The position numbers and the translations under genes were made by a program. DNA of 64,000 nucleotides from the human T2T-CHM13v2.0 reference genome, Homo sapiens. The notes below the pieces were generated by a model. The model made no database searches and was not told where the DNA came from. It was given only the letters and a program-made list of their open reading frames with translations. Positions 42,606 through 55,442 of the stretch are shown here, in pieces (position 1 is the stretch's first letter; every line of letters begins with the position of its first letter). The DNA is taken from assembly GCF_009914755.1 (NCBI RefSeq), contig NC_060948.1. One strand, written 5' to 3'.

Positions 42606-45600
42606 CAAATTGAATAGAACGGAATTGAATTGAATGGAATCGAATGCAATGGAATCTAATGAAATGGAAAGGAAAGGAATGGAATGGATTGGAATGGAAT
42701 GGGCTGGAATGGAATGGAATCGAAACGAATGGAATGGAATCGAACTGAAGAGACTGGAATGGAATGCACTGGAATGGAAGGGAATGTAATGGAAGGTTCT
42801 CGAAAAAAATGGAATCGAAAGGAATGGAATTGAATGGAACGGAATAGAGTCGAATGGAATTCAATGGAATGGAATGGACTAGAGTGAAATGGAATCGAAC
42901 CACAAGGAATGGACAGGAATAGAATGGTCTCGAATTGAATGGAATCGTATGGAATGGCATCAAACGGAATGGAATGGACAGCCACGGAATGGAATGGACA
43001 GCCACGGAATGGAATGCACTCGAATGCAATGGAGTCGACACTAATGGACTGGAATAGAATGGACTCGACTGGTACGGACTCCAATGGAATGGAATCGAAT
43101 GGAAGGGAATCGAACGGAATGGACTCGAAGGGAAAAGACTGCAATGGAAAGGTCTCGAATGGAATGGAAATTAATGGAATGGAATGGAATCGAATGAAAT
43201 GGAGTCAAAAGGAATGGAATCGAATGTCAAGAAATCGAATGTAATGGAATCGCAAGGAATTGATGTGAACGGAACGGAATGGAATGGAATCCAAAGGAAT
43301 GGAATAGAATGGAATGGAATCGAATGGAAAGGACTCGAATGGAAATCACTCGAATAGAATGCAATTTAATAAAATAGGATCAAATGTAATGGAATGGAAT
43401 GGAAAGGAATCGAAACGAAAGGAAAGGAGACAGATGGAATGGAATGGAACAGAGAGCAATGGTATAGAATGGAATGGAATCATCTGGAATGGAATTGAAT
43501 GGAATGGAATAATATGAAATGGAAAGGAATGGAATGGAATGCCCTTGAATTAAATGGACTGGAATGGAATGGACTCGAACAGAGTGGAATGGAAAGTGTT
43601 GAAATAGAATGGAATGGACTCGTTTGGAATGGTCTAGTATGCAATGCAATCGACTGGCAGGGAATCAAAAGGAATGTAATCGAATGGATTGGACTGGAAT
43701 GCAATGGACTCGAATAGATTGGAAACGGAAAGCAAAGGAATGGAATGGAAAGGAATCGAAACGAAAGGAATGGAGACAGATGGAATGGAATGGAACAGAG
43801 AGCAATGGTATAGAATGGAATGGAATCATCTGGAATGGAATTGAATGGAATGGAATAATATGAAATGGAATGGAATGGAATGGAATGGAATGCCCTTGAA
43901 TTAAATGGACTGGACTCGAACAGAGTGGAATGGAAAGTGTTGAGATAGAATGGAATGGACTCCTTTGGAATGGTGTAGTATGCAATGCAATCGACTGGCA
44001 GGGAATCAAAAGGAATGTAATGGAATGGACTGGACTGGAATGCAATGGACTCGAATAGATTGGAAACGGAATGCAAAGGAATGGAATGGAATAGTTTGGA
44101 ATGGAATGGAAAGGAATGGAGTGGAATAGACTAGAGTGGAATGGAATGGACTGGAAAGCAATGGACTGGAATGGAACTTTCTTGAATGGACTGGAATCAA
44201 ACGGAATGGAATGCAATGCAATCAAATGGCATGGAATAAAATAGAATGAAAGAGAATCAAATGGAATTGAATCGAATGGAATCGAATGGATTGGAAAGGA
44301 ATAGAATGGAATGGAATGGAATGGACTCAAATGGAATGGACTAGAATGGAATGGATTCGAATGGAAGGCAAAGGAATGGAATCTATTGGAATGGACTGTA
44401 ATGGAATGGAATGGAAGGGATTGGAATGGACTCGAATGGAATGGACTGCAATAGAAAGGATTCGAATGGAATGAAAAAGAATTGAATGGAATAGAACAGA
44501 ATGGAATCAAATCGAATGAAATGGAATGGAATAGAAAGGAATGGAATGAAATGGAATGGAAAGGATTCGAATGGAATGCAATCGAATGGAATGGAATCGA
44601 ACGGAATGGAATAAAATGGAAGAAAACTGGCAAGAAATGGAATCGAAATGAATGGAGTGTTATGGAACGGACTCAAAAGGAATTGAATGTAATAGAATGG
44701 AGTGGAGTGGACTCGAATATAATGGACTGGAATGGAATGAAATCACATGGAATGGGAACGAATGGAATGGAATGGAAAGGAATGGAATCGAATGGAAAGG
44801 AATCGAATGGAAGGGAATGAAATTGAATCAACAGGAATGGAAGGGAATAGAATAGACGGTAATGGAATGGACTCGAATTGAATGGACACGAATGCTCAAA
44901 TTGAATGGACTCGAATGGAATGGAAACGAAAGGAATGTCATCGAATGGAATTGAATCGATTGGAATGAAATCGCATAGAATGGAGTGGAATCAAATGGAA
45001 TTGAATCGAAAGGAAAGGAAGCGAATGGACTGAAATGAAATGGAATGGAATTGAATGGAAAGTAATGCAATGGAATAGAATGGAACGAAATTTCACGGAA
45101 TGGAATCAAACTGAATGGAATCAAATCAATGGAATCAAATCAAATGGAATGGAAAGGAATTGAATGGAGTAGATTGGATTCGATGGGATTGGAATGAAAT
45201 GTACTGGAAAGGACTCGAATTTCATGAAACGGAATGGAATGAATTGGAACGGAATGGACTCGAATGGAATGGAATGTCATGGAATGGCATCAAATGGAAT
45301 GGCATCAAATGGAATGGAATCGAATGCAATGGAATGCTATGGAATGGAATGGAATGCATTGGAATGGAATGTCCTCTAATGGAATGGATTCGAGTGGAAT
45401 GGAATCGAATATAATGGAGTCGAATGAAATGGAATTGAAAGGAGTGGGATCGAATACAATGGAATATACTGGAATGTAATGTAATGAACTCGAATGTAAT
45501 TGACTGGAATGGAATGTACATGAATGGAATGTAATCCAATGGAAAGTAATCCAATAGAATAGAATCTAATGCAATAAAACCGACTCAGATAGAGTAGAAT

Positions 45601-46520
45601 GTAATGGAATGGAGTGCAGTGCAATGGAATGGAATGGAATGGAATGCAATGGAATGGAATGGAATGGAATGGAATGGAATGGGATGGAATGGGATGGAAT
45701 GGATAGTAATGGACTGGAGTGAAATGGACTGGAAAGGAATGGACTCAAATTGAAAGGGCTCGAAAGGAATGGAGTCAAATGGAATGGTCTGGAATGGAAT
45801 GAACACGAATGTAATGCAATCCAATAGAACGGAATCGAATGGCATGGAATATAAAGAAATGGAATCGAAGAGAATGGAAACAAATGGAATGGAATTGAAT
45901 GGAATGGAATTGAATGGAATGGGAACGAATGGAGTGAAATTGTATGCAGTAGAAGGGAATAGAATGGAATGCAAGCGAAAGGAAAGGAATGGATTGGAAT
46001 GGAATGGAATTCATTGGAATGGAAGGGAATGTAGTGTAATGGACAGGCCTGGAATAAAGTGGAATGCTACGGTCTCGAATGGAATAAAAATGTATGGAAT
46101 GGAATGCAATGAAACGGAATCGAATGTCATAGAATGTAATGGAATGCAAAAAAATGGAATCCAAAATCATTGACTGGAAAGGCTGTGTGGCGAAAGGAGT
46201 TGACTCCAATGGAATGGAATCGAATGGAATGGAAGTGAATAGAATCGAACTAAATCGAATGGAATGGAATTGATAGGAACGGAATGGAAAGGAATGCAAT
46301 GATTTGGCATGGAATGGAATCGAATGGCATCGAATGGAATGGAATGGAATGCAATGGAATGGAATGTATTAGAATGTAATGAACTTTAATGGAATGTACT
46401 CGAATGGATTCGACTGGAATGGAATGTTCTGGAAGTGAATGGACTCCAATGGAATGGATTCAAAAGGAATGGAATCGTACGGAATGGAATCTAATGGAAT
46501 GGAATTAAATGGAAGTGAAT
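42606..46520 (+). repeat. HOR unit 13 (3915 bp), chimeric, with 346 bp internal duplication
   Basis: The GAGACAGAT..GCCCTTG..GGCAGGG block occurs twice (43391-43736 and 43737-44077). Confidence 0.9.
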
Positions 46521-49500
46521 CAAATTGAATAGCACGGAATTGAATTGAATGGAATGGAATGCAACGGAATCTAATGAAACGGAAAGGAAAGGAATGGAAT
46601 GGAATGGAATGGGCTGGAATGGAAAGGAATCGAAACGAATGGAATGGAATCGAACTGAAGAGACTGGAATGGAATGCACTGGAATGGAAGGGAGTTTAAT
46701 GGAAGGTTCTCGAAAAAAATGGAATCGAATGGAATGGAATTGAATGGAACGGAATAGAGTCGAATGGAATTGAATGGAATGGAATGGACTAGAGTGAAAT
46801 GGAATCGAACCACAAGGAATGGACAGGAATAGAATGGTCTCGAATTGAATGGAATCGTATGGAATGGCATCAAACGGAATGGAATGGACAGCCACGGAAT
46901 GGAATGCACTCGAATGCAATGGAGTCGAAACTAATGGACTGGAATAGAATGGACTCGACTGGTACGGACTCCAATGGAATGGAATCGAATGGAAGGGAAT
47001 CGAACGGAATGGACTCGAAGGGAAAAGACTGCAATGGAAAGGTCTCGAATGGAATGGAAATTAATGGAATGGAATGGAATCGAATGAAATGGAGTCAAAA
47101 GGAATGGAATCGAATGGCAAGAAATCGAATGAAATGGAATCGCAAGGAATTGATGTGAACGGAACGGAATGGAATGGAATCCAAAGGAATGGAATAGAAT
47201 GGAATGGAATCGAATGGAAAGGACTCGAATGGAAATCACTCGAATAGAATGCAGTTTAATAAAATAGGATCAAATGTAATGGAATGGAATGGAAAGGAAT
47301 CGAAACGAAAGGAATGGAGACAGATGGAATGGAATGGAACAGAGAGCAATGGTATAGAATGGAATGGAATCATCTGGAATGGAATTGAATGGAATGGAAT
47401 AATATGAAATGGAATGGAATGGAATGGAATGGAATGCCCTTGAATTAAATGGACTGGAATGGAATGGACTCGAACAGAGTGGAATGGAAAGTGTTGAGAT
47501 AGAATGGAATGGACTCCTTTGGAATGGTGTAGTATGCAATGCAATCGACTGGCAGGGAATCAAAAGGAATGTAATGGAATGGATTGGACTGGAATGCAAT
47601 GGACTCGAATAGATTGGAAACGGAATGCAAAGGAATGGAATGGAATAGTATGGAATGGAATGGAAAGGAATGGAGTGGAATAGACTAGAGTGGAATGGAA
47701 TGGACTGGAAAGCAATGGACTGGAATGGAACTTTCTTGAATGGACTGGAATCAAACGGAATGGAATGCAATGCAATCAAATGGCATGGAATAAAATAGAA
47801 TGAAAGAGAATCAAATGGAATTGAATCGAATGGAATCGAATGGATTGGAAAGGAATAGAATGGAATGGAATGGAATGGACTAGAATGGAATGGATTCGAA
47901 TGGAAGGCAAAGGAATGGAATCTATTGGAATGGACTGTAATGGAATGGAATGGAAGGGATTGGAATGGACTCGAATGGAATGGACTGCAATAGAAAGGAT
48001 TCGAATGGAATGAAAAAGAATTGAATGGAATAGAACAGAATGGAATCAAATCGAATGAAATGGAATGGAATAGAAAGGAATGGAATGAAATGGAATGGAA
48101 AGGATTCGAATGGAATGCAATCGAATGGAATGGAATCGAACGGAATGGAATAAAATGGAAGAAAACTGGCAAGAAATGGAATCGAAATGAATGGAGTGTT
48201 ATGGAACGGACTCAAAAGGAATTGAATGTAATAGAATGGAGTGGAGTGGACTCGAATATAATGGACTGGAATGGAATGAAATCACATGGAATGGGAACGA
48301 ATGGAATGGAATGGAAAGGAATGGAATCGAATGGAAAGGAATCGAATGGAAGGGAATGAAATTGAATCAACAGGAATGGAAGGGAATAGAATAGACGGTA
48401 ATGGAATGGACTCGAATAGAATGGACACGAATGCTCAAATTGAATGGACTCGAATGGAATGGAAACGAAAGGAATGTCATCGAATGGAATTGAATCGATT
48501 GGAATGAAATCGCATAGAATGGAGTGGAATCAAATGGAATTGAATCGAAAGGAAAGGAAGCGAATGGACTGAAATGAAATGGAATGGAATTGAATGGAAA
48601 GTAATGCAATGGAATAGAATGGAACGAAATTTCACGGAATGGAATCAAACTGAATGGAATCAAATCAATGGAATCAAATCAAATGGAATGGAAAGGAATT
48701 GAATGGAGTAGATTGGATTGGATGGGATTGGAATGAAATGTACTGGAAAGGACTCGAATTTCATGAAACGGACTGGAATGAATTGGAACGGAATGGACTC
48801 GAATGGAATGGAATGTCATGGAATGGCATCAAATGGAATGGCATCAAATGGAATGGAATCGAATGCAATGGAATGCTATGGAATGGAATGGAATGCATTG
48901 GAATGGAATGTCCTCTAATGGAATGGATTCGAGTGGAATGGAATCGAATATAATGGAGTCGAATGAAAAGGAATTGAAAGGAGTGGGATCGAATACAATG
49001 GAATATACTGGAATGTAATGTAATGAACTCGAATGTAATTGACTGGAATGGAATGTACATGAATGGAATGTAATCGAATGGAAAGTAATCCAATGGAATA
49101 GAATCTAATGCAATAAAACCGACTCAGATAGAGTAGAATGTAATGGAATGGAGAGCAGTGCAATGGAATGGAATGGAATGGAATGCAATGGAATGGAATG
49201 GAATGGAATGGAATGGAATGGAATGCCCTTGAATTAAATGGACTGGAATGGAATGGACTCCAACAGAGTGGAATGGAAAGTGTTGAGATAGAATGGAATG
49301 GACTCCTTTGGAATGGTGTAGTATGCAATGCAATCGACTGGCAGGGAATCAAAAGGAATGTAATGGAATGGATTGGACTGGAATGCAATGGACTCGAATA
49401 GATTGGAAACGGAATGCAAAGGAATGGAATGGAATAGTATGGAATGGAATGGAAAGGAATGGAGTGGAATAGACTAGAGTGGAATGGAATGGACTGGAAA

Positions 49501-51888
49501 GCAATGGACTGGAATGGAACTTTCTTGAATGGACTGGAATCAAACGGAATGGAATGCAATGCAATCAAATGGCATGGAATAAAATAGAATGAAAGAGAAT
49601 CAAATGGAATTGAATCGAATGGAATCGAATGGATTGGAAAGGAATAGAATGGAATGGAATGGAACTGACTCGAATGGAATGGACTAGAATGGAATGGATT
49701 CGAATGGAAGGCAAAGGAATGGAATCTATTGGAATGGACTGTAATGGAATGGAATGGAAAGGATTGGAATGGACTCGAATGGAATGGACTGCAATAGAAA
49801 GGATTCGAATGGAATGAAAAAGAATTGAATGGAATAGAACAGAATGGAATCAAATCGAATGAAATGGAATGGAATAGAAAGGAATGGAATGAAATGGAAT
49901 GGAAAGGATTCGAATGGAATGCAATCGAATGGAATGGAATCGAACGGAATGGAATAAAATGGAAGAAAACTGGCAAGAAATGGAATCGAAATGAATGGAG
50001 TGTTATGGAACGGACTCAAAAGGAATTGAATGTAATAGAATGGAGTGGAGTGGACTCGAATATAATGGAATGGAATGGAATGAAATCACAAGGAATGGGA
50101 ACGAATGGAATGGAATGGAAAGGAATGGAATCGAATGGAAAGGAATCGAATGGAAGGGAATGAAATTGAATCAACAGGAATGGAAGGGAATAGAATAGAC
50201 GGTAATGGAATGGACTCGAATAGAATGGACACGAATGCTCAAATTGAATGGACTCGAATGGAATGGAAACGAAAGGAATGTCATCGAATGGAATTGAATG
50301 GATTGGAATGAAATCGCATAGAATGGAGTGGAATCAAATGGAATTGAATCGAAAGGAAAGGAAGCGAATGGACTGAAATGAAATGGAATGGAATTGAATG
50401 GAAAGTAATGCAATGGAATAGAATGGAACGAAATTTCACGGAATGGAATCAAACTGAATGGAATCAAATCAATGGAATCAAATCAAATGGAATGGAAAGG
50501 AATTGAATGGAGTAGATTGGATTGGATGGGATTGGAATGAAATGTACTGGAAAGGACTCGAATTTCATGAAACGGAATGGAATGAATTGGAACGGAATGG
50601 ACTCGAATGGAATGGAATGTCATGGAATGGCATCAAATGGAATGGCATCAAATGGAATGGAATCGAATGCAATGGAATGCTATGGAATGGAATGGAATGC
50701 ATTGGAATGGAATGTCCTCTAATGGAATGGATTCGAGTAGAATGGAATCGAATATAATGGAGTCGAATGAAATGGAATTGAAAGGAGTGGGATCGAATAC
50801 AATGGAATATACTGGAATGTAATGTAATGAACTCGAATGTAATTGACTGGAATGGAATGTACATGAATGGAATGTAATCGAATGGAAAGTAATCCAATTG
50901 AATAGAATCTAATGCAATAAAACCGACTCAGATAGAGTAGAATGTAATGGAATGGAGTGCAGTGCAATGGAATGGAATGGAATGGAAGGCAATGGAATGG
51001 AATGGAATGGAATGGAATGGAATGGAATGGAATGGAATGGAATGGAATGGGATGGAATGGGATGGAATGGATAGTAATGGACTGGAGTGAAATGGACTGG
51101 AAAGGAATGGACTCAAATTGAAAGGGCTCGAAAGGAATGGAGTCAAATGGAATGGTCTGGAATGGAATGAACACGAATGTAATGCAATCCAATAGAATGG
51201 AATCGAATGGCATGGAATATAAAGAAATGGAATCGAAGAGAATGGAAACAAATGGAATGGAATTGAATGGAATGGAATTGAATGGAATGGGAACGAATGG
51301 AGTGAAATTGTATGCAGTAGAAGGGAATAGAATGGAATGCAAGCGAAAGGAAAGGAATGGATTGGAATGGAATGGAATTCATTGGAATGGAAGGGAATGT
51401 AGTGTAATGGACAGGCCTGGAATAAGGTGGAATGCTACGGTCTCGAATGGAATAAAAATGTATGGAATGGAATGCAATGAAACGGAATCGAATGTCATAG
51501 AATGTAATGGAATGCAAAAAAATGGAATCCTAAATCATTGACTGGAAAGGCTGGGTGTCGAAAGGAATTGACTCCAATGGAATGGAATCGAATGGAATGG
51601 AAGTGAATAGAATCGAACTAAATCGAATGGAATGGAATTGATAGGAACGGAATGGAAAGGAATGCAATGAATTGGTATGGAATGGAATCGAATGGCATCG
51701 AATGGAATGGAATGGAATGCAATGGAATGGAATGTATTAGAATGTAATGAACTTTAATGGAATGTACTCGAATGGATTCGACTGGAATGGAATGTTCTGG
51801 AAGTGAATGGACTCCAATGGAATGGATTCAAAAGGAATGGAATCGTACGGAATGGAATCTAATGGAATGGAATTAAATGGAAATGAAT
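46521..51888 (+). repeat. HOR interval 14 (5368 bp, about 1.5 units), fused by a half-unit deletion
   Basis: GCCCTTG occurs at 47436 and again at 49225, with no EcoRI/HaeIII half-unit between them. Confidence 0.9.
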
Positions 51889-54800
51889 CAAATTGAATAG
51901 CACGGAATTGAATTGAATGGAATGGAATGCAATGGAATCTAATGAAACGGAAAGGAAAGGAATGGAATGGAATGGAATGGGCTGGAATGGAAAGGAATCG
52001 AAACGAATGGAATGGAATCGAACTGAAGAGACTGGAATGGAATGCACTGGAATGGAAGAGAGTGTAATGGAAGGTTCTCGAAAAAAATGGAATCGAATGG
52101 AATGGAATTGAATGGAACGGAATAGAGTCGAATGGAATTGAATGGAATGGAATGGACTAGAGTGAAATGGAATCGAACCACAAGGAATGGACAGGAATAG
52201 AATGGTCTCGAATTGAATGGAATCGTATGGAATGGCATCAAACGGAATGGAATGGACAGCCACGGAATGGAATGCACTCGAATGCAATGGAGTCGAAACT
52301 AATGGACTGGAATAGAATGGACTCGACTGGTACGGACTCCAATGGAATGGAATCGAATGGAAGGGAATCGAACGGAATGGACTCGAAGGGAAAAGACTGC
52401 AATGGAAAGGTCTCGAATGGAATGGAAATTAATGGAATGGAATGGAATCGAATGAAATGGAGTCAAAAGGAATGGAATCGAATGGCAAGAAATCGAATGT
52501 AATGGAATCGCAAGGAATTGATGTGAACGGAACGGAATGGAATGGAATCCAAAGGAATGGAATAGAATGGAATGGAATCGAATGGAAAGGACTCGAATGG
52601 AAATCACTCGAATAGAATGCAATTTAATAAAATAGGATCAAATGTAATGGAATGGAATGGAAAGGAATCGAAACGAAAGGAATGGAGACAGATGGAATGG
52701 AATGGAACAGAGAGCAATGGTATAGAATGGAATGGAATCATCTGGAATGGAATTGTATGGAATGGAATAATATGAAATGGAATGGAATGGAATGGAATGG
52801 AATGCCCTTGAATTAAATGGACTGGAATGGAATGGACTCGAACAGAGTGGAATGGAAAGTGTTGAGATAGAATGGAATGGACTCCTTTGGAATGGTGTAG
52901 TATGCAATGCAATCGACTGGCAGGGAATCAAAAGGAATGTAATGGAATGGATTGGACTGGAATGCAATGGACTCGAATAGATTGGAAACGGAATGCAAAG
53001 GAATGGAATGGAATAGTATGGAATGGAATGGAAAGGAATGGAGTGGAATAGACTAGAGTGGAATGGAATGGACTGGAAAGCAATGGACTGGAATGGAACT
53101 TTCTTGAATGGACTGGAATCAAACGGAATGGAATGCAATGCAATCAAATGGCATGGAATAAAATAGAATGAAAGAGAATCAAATGGAATTGAATCGAATG
53201 GAATCGAATGGATTGGAAAGGAATAGAATGGAATGGAATGGAATGGACTAGAATGGAATGGATTCGAATGGAAGGCAAAGGAATGGAATCTATTGGAATG
53301 GACTGTAATGGAATGGAATGGAAGGGATTGGAATGGACTCGAATGGAATGGACTGCAATAGAAAGGATTCGAATGGAATGAAAAAGAATTGAATGGAATA
53401 GAACAGAATGGAATCAAATCGAATGAAATGGAATGGAATAGAAAGGAATGGAATGAAATGGAATGGAAAGGATTCGAATGGAATGCAATCGAATGGAATG
53501 GAATCGAACGGAATGGAATAAAATGGAAGAAAACTGGCAAGAAATGGAATCGAAATGAATGGAGTGTTATGGAACGGACTCAAAAGGAATTGAATGTAAT
53601 AGAATGGAGTGGAGTGGACTCGAATATAATGGACTGGAAAGGAATGAAATCACAAGGAATGGGAACGAATGGAATGGAATGGAAAGGAATGGAATCGAAT
53701 GGAAAGGAATCGAATGGAAGGGAATGAAATTGAATCAACAGGAATGGAAGGGAATAGAATAGACGGTAATGGAATGGACTCGAATAGAATGGACACTAAT
53801 GCTCAAATTGAATGGACTCGAATGGAATGGAAACGAAAGGAATGTCATCGAATGGAATTGAATGGATTGGAATGAAATCGCATAGAATGGAGTGGAATCA
53901 AATGGAATTGAATCGAAAGGAAAGGAAGCGAATGGACTGAAATGAAATGGAATGGAATTGAATGGAAAGTAATGCAATGGAATAGAATGGAACGAAATTT
54001 CACGGAATGGAATCAAACTGAATGGAATCAAATCAATGGAATCAAATCAAATGGAATGGAAAGGAATTGAATGGAGTAGATTGGATTGGATGGGATTGGA
54101 ATGAAATGTACTGGAAAGGACTCGAATTTCATGAAACGGAATGGAATGAATTGGAACGGAATGGACTCGAATGGAATGGAATGTCATGGAATGGCATCAA
54201 ATGGAATGGCATCAAATGGAATGGAATCGAATGCAATGGAATGCTATGGAATGGAATGGAATGCATTGGAATGGAATGTCCTCTAATGGAATGGATTCGA
54301 GTGGAATGGAATCGAATATAATGGAGTCGAATGAAATGGAATTGAAAGGAATGGGATCGAATAGAATGGAATATACTGGAATGTAATGTAATGAACTCGA
54401 ATGTAATTGACTGGAATGGAATGTACATGAATGGAATGTAATCGAATGGAAAGTAATCCAATGGAATAGAATCTAATGCAATAAAATCGACTCAGATAGA
54501 GTGGAATGTAATTTAATGGAGTGCAGTGCAATGGAATGGAATAGAATGGAATGCAATGGAATGGAATGGAATGGAATGGAATGGAATGGAATGGGATGGA
54601 ATGGGATGGAATGGTATGGAATGGATAGTAATGGACTGGAGTGAAATGGACTGGAAAGGAATGGACTCAAATTGAAAGGGCTCGAAAGGAATGGAGTCAA
54701 ATGGAATGGTCTGGAATGGAATGAACACGAATGTAATGCAATCCAATAGAATGGAATCGAATGGCATGGAATATAAAGAAATGGAATCGAAGAGAATGGA

Positions 54801-55442
54801 AACAAATGGAATGGAATTGAATGGAATGGAATTGAATGGAATGGGAACGAATGGAGTGAAATTGTATGCAGTAGAAGGGAATAGAATGGAATGCAAGCGA
54901 AAGGAAAGGAATGGATTGGAATGGAATGGAATTCATTGGAATGGAAGGGAATGTAGTGTAATGGACAGGCCTGGAATAAAGTGGAATGCTACGGTCTCGA
55001 ATGGAATAAAAATGTATGGAATGGAATGCAATGAAACGGAATCGAATGTCATAGAATGTAATGGAATGCAAAAAAATGGAATCCAAAATCATTGACTGGA
55101 AAGGCTGGGTGTCGAAAGGAATTGACTCCAATGGAATGGAATCGAATGGAATGGAAGTGAATAGAATCGAACTAAATCGAATGGAATGGAATTGATAGGA
55201 ACGGAATGGAAAGGAATGCAATGATTTGGCATGGAATGGAATCGAATGGCATCGAATGGAATGGAATGGAATGCAATGGAATGGAATGTATTAGAATGTA
55301 ATGAACTTTAATGGAATGTACTCGAATGGATTCGACTGGAATGGAATGTTCTGGAAGTGAATGGACTCCAATGGAATGGATTCAAAAGGAATGGAATCGT
55401 ACGGAATGGAATCTAATGGAATGGAATTAAATGGAAATGAAT
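51889..55442 (+). repeat. HOR unit 15 (3554 bp)
   Basis: Landmark spacing; 15-bp deletion at ~53240. Confidence 0.9.

Noticed and set aside
47436-51050. Reading the 1.79 kb repeat as a fresh tandem duplication
   Set aside because: The two copies differ by a 15-bp indel and several substitutions, so deletion or unequal exchange between distinct units fits better.
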